DNA of 64,000 nt from assembly GCA_016866875.1 (NCBI GenBank), contig VGKY01000002.1, positions 31,688-95,687 of the forward strand, written 5' to 3'. The notes below the pieces were generated by a model. The model saw nothing but the letters and a program-made list of their open reading frames with translations, was not told the DNA's origin and ran no database searches. Both the position numbers and the translations under genes were made by a program. Origin of the DNA: Candidatus Peribacteria bacterium (GTDB lineage: Bacteria; Patescibacteriota; Gracilibacteria; Peribacterales; Peribacteraceae). This document shows, one piece after another, positions 59,657-64,000 of the stretch (positions are counted from its first letter, which is position 1; every line of letters begins with the position of its first letter).

Positions 59657-60973
59657 GTGATACCTCTCGACCCCCGCCAACACCGTGCCCAGATCCTCCC
59701 CGATGGCAGCATCGTGCTTCCGTCTGAGGATATGAGTGAGCAAGCATCGAGCGATCAGATGGATCCTTCATGCCAAGCCTGCAAAGAGTCCACCCAGCAA
59801 GAGCATGAAGAGCAATCCACAGCAACCGGAGAGGAGACAGTGGTATGGGAAGTAACGTCAAAACAGCAGGAGGATTCCCAGGCACAGGAAGCGACCGTCG
59901 ACGAAGCTCCGCATGGTAGCGCTCCTCAGCGCAGATGCTTGCGACCGAAGGAGGCGATCGCACTCCTGCAATCGGGAAAGCTGGCGGCATACCGCACGGC
60001 GATGAGCGCTATGGAGGAGAGTGCCAGACAGTACAAAATGAGTGCCGCAGACCTCGTCGCAGCTCTGCGCAGCGCACGCTCATCGTGCGGACGCATGCAT
60101 GAAGCGTGCTGGGGATTTCTGAGCCAACCGGTCTGGATCATCCGGAAGAACGCGGAGCCGAAGCGCTACAGCCGCGGAACGCTCTTCGTCCTCGACACCG
60201 TGCGATTTGGCTGCACGTTCGCAGCGCTCTTCACCGCGATTTTCCTCACGCTGAACTACCAGAGCTTCTGGGAGATCGTCCGCAGCAACGCTCGCCCGAT
60301 TCAGTCGATCCAAAGCGCCCAGGATCTCGCTTCGACGGTCGACGAAGCCCTCAGAGACAAGCTCCTGAAGAGCCCGTCACTGGCGGTTGCCGGGAGAGCC
60401 GCAGGGGATCTGCTGAGCTTCCTTCCTGAGGTGGGACCTCCCGATAACCGCGTGATCATCCCGAAGCTCAACCTCAACGTCCCGCTCGTTACGCCCTCCT
60501 ACCAAAATCTCCTGCAGGAAAACTGGGTGGGAGTGGAGACAGACATCCAAGACGCGCTGCAGCACGGCATCGTCCACTACCCGGGAACCGCGCGACCGGG
60601 TCAGGCGGGAAACTTCTTCGTCACGGGCCATAGCTCCTACTACCCATGGGCACCCGGGCACTACAAAAACGTCTTTGCTAGGCTCCATGAGCTTGCTGTC
60701 GGCGACGAGTACTGGGTGTTTTTCGGAGGCGACAGGCACCGCTACCGCATCGTGCAGAAGAAGGAGGTGAAGTCCAGTGATGTCACTGTGCTCGACCAAC
60801 CTGTGGATCGTCGCACGGCAACACTCATGACCTGCACGCCCGTCGGCACGACCTTACGACGCCTCATCGTCACCGCAGAGGAGATCGACCCGATCACCGG
60901 AGAGTCCCTCGCTGTTGGAGAGCACGGCGGACACTCCCCGCCAAAACTCAACGTCGAGCAGCTGCCGATCTAA
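59657..60973 (+). CDS. sortase with long cytoplasmic N-terminal extension
   Basis: TM, HYPGTARPG, TGHSS, TLMTCTPVGTTLRRL. Confidence 0.9.
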   Translation: MIPLDPRQHRAQILPDGSIVLPSEDMSEQASSDQMDPSCQACKESTQQEHEEQSTATGEETVVWEVTSKQQEDSQAQEATVDEAPHGSAPQRRCLRPKEAIALLQSGKLAAYRTAMSAMEESARQYKMSAADLVAALRSARSSCGRMHEACWGFLSQPVWIIRKNAEPKRYSRGTLFVLDTVRFGCTFAALFTAIFLTLNYQSFWEIVRSNARPIQSIQSAQDLASTVDEALRDKLLKSPSLAVAGRAAGDLLSFLPEVGPPDNRVIIPKLNLNVPLVTPSYQNLLQENWVGVETDIQDALQHGIVHYPGTARPGQAGNFFVTGHSSYYPWAPGHYKNVFARLHELAVGDEYWVFFGGDRHRYRIVQKKEVKSSDVTVLDQPVDRRTATLMTCTPVGTTLRRLIVTAEEIDPITGESLAVGEHGGHSPPKLNVEQLPI

Positions 60974-60989
60974 GGTACAATGGTGCTAT

Positions 60990-61079
60990 GCCGCCGTGGT
61001 GAAATGGTATACACGGGGGACTTAAAATCCCCTGCCTCCTTACCGGGGCATGCTGGTTCAAGTCCAGCCGGCGGCACCA
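60990..61079 (+). tRNA. tRNA-Leu(TAA)
   Basis: GCCGCCG...GGGGA-CT-TAA-AA-TCCCC, long variable arm, GTTCAAGTC, CGGCGGC-A-CCA. Confidence 0.97.
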
Positions 61080-61581
61080 TTATGGTTCACTAGAGTTATT
61101 GAAATTCCCCATTGTAAGAGTTAATTATTTATGTTATAATAAACACACTAGAAAACACCAGAACACCAGTTCTTTGATGTCGCTCCAGTATCTAATCCAA
61201 CGGATGAGATTAAAAATTGTATTGTTATTCGGCAAGGAACAAGACCTCAGTTAGAAGAGATTATGAGAGCCGCTAAGGAAAATGATGCATTTGATAGCAC
61301 ATTTTTGGTGGACGATGCAGGGGACGACTATTTTAGTGTCCAATTTCCTGGTTGTGAGCAGGAGACTCTTGATCCCGATTTTCTCAGAATCAGATTGCGA
61401 AGGCATTTGGGCCTTGATGTGGACGAAGACGAATAACACATGATGGAACATCGACCACCAGAAGACAAAATGCCTGGTTTCCCATCCCAGCATGCCTTCA
61501 TTGAGAAAGTGCATCGGTCATCAATCAACGACCCCTGAGGCAAATTGTCCGAAGAAAGATATGATGATATAATGCTTTGAT

Positions 61582-62580
61582 ATGTCTCTTCGCGCACTTC
61601 GCGTACCACTCCGTGTCTTGCATCGCCCCAAAACCTCAACCGCTGTGGGGTGGAGCGCCCTCGGCATCGCAATCCTCGCCGGATCGACATCCGTGACGTT
61701 TGCCGCAGCCCTTGCGGGAGCTCTTTCGCCGCTCTCGATGCTCTTCATCAGCGAATCGCTGATGATGCTCTTCACCATACTCTCGTTCGGAGTCATTCCG
61801 ATCACTCAACGCCTGATGCGCCTGAACCGCGGAACATGGATGGCGATCATCACTGTGGCGCTCAGTAACAGTGTCATTGCCCCGCTGCTTGTATTCACCG
61901 GAATTCGCATGACGGGGCCGGTCAACGCCGAGCTCTTCATTCGCTTCGAAAACATCGTTCTCGTGATTCTCGCGGTACTCCTCTTGCGGGAACGGATGAT
62001 GTGGAACCAGACGCTTGGAGCACTCTGCATTTTCGCCGGAGTCGCCATTGTCGCCTTGCGAGGCTTCTCGCAAGGCATAGCTCTTTCCATGGGGGACGCG
62101 TACATCTTGCTCGCATCGATCTTCTACGGCTGTGGCGGCATTGTCTTTAGGCGGCATCTGCACAAGGTACCCCCGGAACTCGTGATGTTCTGTCGCGCCT
62201 GTGCCGGCATGGGGGTCTTCTTCCTCTTATCGCCCTTTATGCTCCAAACGCTTCTTAAGGAACTCCGAGCCTTTCCCATGGAACTCATCGTCGCGCTTAT
62301 CGGATACGGATTTTTTTCTCGGTTCCTCAACCTCTTCTGCTTCTACGAGGCTATGGAGCGGTTGCCGGTGTATCGAGTATCGCTGCTGCTCAATCTCACC
62401 ATCATCGCAAGTTTGGCATTTGCTAACGCGTACTTAGGAAGCCCCATCAAGCCATATCATATTGCCGGTGCCGGATTCATCCTCATGGGATCGGTGCTCA
62501 TGGAAATCAACATGCTTCACTCGCACAAATCCAAACTCATTGCCGCGAGCCTCAAGCAGAGACACCGAAGCCACGTCTAG
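61582..62580 (+). CDS. DMT/EamA family transporter
   Basis: Ten TMs in two repeats; LAVLLLRER, GDAYILLA. Confidence 0.88.
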   Translation: MSLRALRVPLRVLHRPKTSTAVGWSALGIAILAGSTSVTFAAALAGALSPLSMLFISESLMMLFTILSFGVIPITQRLMRLNRGTWMAIITVALSNSVIAPLLVFTGIRMTGPVNAELFIRFENIVLVILAVLLLRERMMWNQTLGALCIFAGVAIVALRGFSQGIALSMGDAYILLASIFYGCGGIVFRRHLHKVPPELVMFCRACAGMGVFFLLSPFMLQTLLKELRAFPMELIVALIGYGFFSRFLNLFCFYEAMERLPVYRVSLLLNLTIIASLAFANAYLGSPIKPYHIAGAGFILMGSVLMEINMLHSHKSKLIAASLKQRHRSHV

Positions 62581-62605
62581 TCGGGGACTGGTGAGAGGGC
62601 GGGCA

Positions 62606-63444
62606 TCACAATCCTCCGTACAGCTCTCTCGCGAGTATGACGATCATGGCGACCTCTGCTAGATTGACCGCATCGAGTGGGCCGAAGCGGCCCGTGGGAT
62701 TTCCCTCTGCATCCGCATACCCCGAAACGATGCGATCCTCGTGTGCGCGCAAGATCGCTGACCGAAATTCGGTCGAACTGTCGATATCGGCGAAGGGTGT
62801 GGCATCGATGGCAACAAGCTCTACCCCGAATGCCTGGAGGAGAGTCACCACCACTTCAGCGCGTGTTGCCGGTCGCAAAAGATCCACAGATCCATCGGCA
62901 TACACAGCCCACTGGAGGCGCTCGGCGCAGGAAATGAATAACTCTGACCACCGCGTGCGCGCTGCTGCCTTGAGGGGGAATCCCGAACACGACACCGCAT
63001 CTATGCCTGCAGCCAGGAGCGCGATCTTCGCAAGCTGCTCGATGGTAACCGAATCCGAAGGGCCGTACCTCCCGAGCGGCAACCCTGTAGGCCCCGATAC
63101 CCCGAGACTATTCCCAGATCGGCCGCAGAGCGTACATAGGGAGCGAACCAGCTCCTGGACGGAACATCTTCGAGATCCACGGGAACGCCATCCACTCGGA
63201 TCTGCACGAGGCCCTGCTCCGTACTCTCCTCAAGTTTGCCTGTGCGCCTCTCTTCGTCGAGAGACCACACATCTTGTGATTCTTGATCCCGCTCATCGCG
63301 TTCGCTCCAGCCTGACTGCTCCCGCAGCATCTGAAGATCACGCTCGATATCTTCGGCATCGTTGAGCAGATAATCGCGAGGTCCCGCTGCAGATACGTAT
63401 AGCGGCACGGAGAGGAAAACGGAGAACCATGCGATACGGTGCAT
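62606..63444 (-). pseudogene. SLH domain protein split by a 1-nt frameshift
   Basis: ...DVP..SWFAPYV...GIVSGYR in one frame continues as PLGRYGPSDSVT.EQLAK in another; the shift is at about 63083-63095. Confidence 0.8.
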
Positions 63445-63525
63445 GGATATCGGTATTCCCACTGGAGAAATTTTTTTTCGTTTTCACTTTCCCACGTTCC
63501 CATTTTCGCCTACGCTCCACCGGAC

Positions 63526-64000
63526 ATGATCGCGAACAAGGACGTCGGCTCCTCCGGCGCCCATACGGGCGGGAGGGGGGCGTTTTCCTCAATTAAAACA
63601 GTTTTACTCCTAGGATCCGGTGCATTGAAGATCGGAGAAGCCGGCGAATTTGACTACTCCGGAAGCCAGGCGATCAAAGCCTTCAAGGAAGAGGGGCTAC
63701 GCGTGGTGCTCATCAACCCCAATATCGCTACCAACCAAACGAGTTGGGGACTCGCTGATCGTGTGTACTTTGAGCCGGTGACTCCCGGCTTCGTGGAGAG
63801 GATCATCGGAATCGAGAAGCCTCAGGCGATCGCGCTGAGCTTCGGTGGACAGACGGCCCTAAACTGCGGTGTGGCCCTCGACGATCAGGGAATCCTCAAG
63901 AAACATGACGTTACGGTGCTCGGAACGCCCGTGGAGAGCATTCGCAAAACGGAGGATCGAGCGCTCTTCAATGCCGAACTGAATTCCATCGGCGTGGATG
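63526..64000 (+). CDS. carB: carbamoyl-phosphate synthase large subunit (5' part, runs off the window)
   Basis: [51 protein letters not shown]. Confidence 0.95.
   Translation, partial: MIANKDVGSSGAHTGGRGAFSSIKTVLLLGSGALKIGEAGEFDYSGSQAIKAFKEEGLRVVLINPNIATNQTSWGLADRVYFEPVTPGFVERIIGIEKPQAIALSFGGQTALNCGVALDDQGILKKHDVTVLGTPVESIRKTEDRALFNAELNSIGVD

Overview
This 64 kb window is GC-rich bacterial chromosome (code 11). Gene content points to a CPR/Patescibacteria genome, probably Peribacteraceae/Peregrinibacteria (inference): SLH proteins, two sortases, a C39 peptidase, a DUF5671 protein, fibre-like surface proteins, purF/purD/carB and almost no Shine-Dalgarno sites. Housekeeping genes include tkt, csaA, riboflavin kinase, murE, rnhB, lgt, tsaD, lemA, groES/EL with a CIRCE operator, tmk, folD, prfA and mnmA, plus four intact tRNAs. 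The most unusual observations are these. (1) A complete tRNA-Ser(TGA) is nested inside the anticodon arm of a second, otherwise intact tRNA-Ser that has no anticodon loop (4442-4732). (2) Palindromic repeats are pervasive: a RAYT transposase has its own REP arrays, a GIY-YIG pseudogene sits beside a dispersed repeat family, palindromes are inserted in frame in tkt, mnmA and membrane glycosyltransferases, and three loci show an 'old 5' fragment + hairpin + intact gene' scar. (3) An AT-richer island at tRNA-Pro carries a tyrosine recombinase, an excisionase-like HTH, a dif-like site and a 1675-aa M48-protease/ABC1-kinase-like fusion. (4) A 38-aa hydrophobic peptide with an occluded SD lies within a ~480-nt structured RNA ending in a terminator/antiterminator switch. 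(5) Three fibre-like adhesins form a mosaic family, and most genes have a leaderless architecture. All calls come from reading the sequence by eye; no searches were run.
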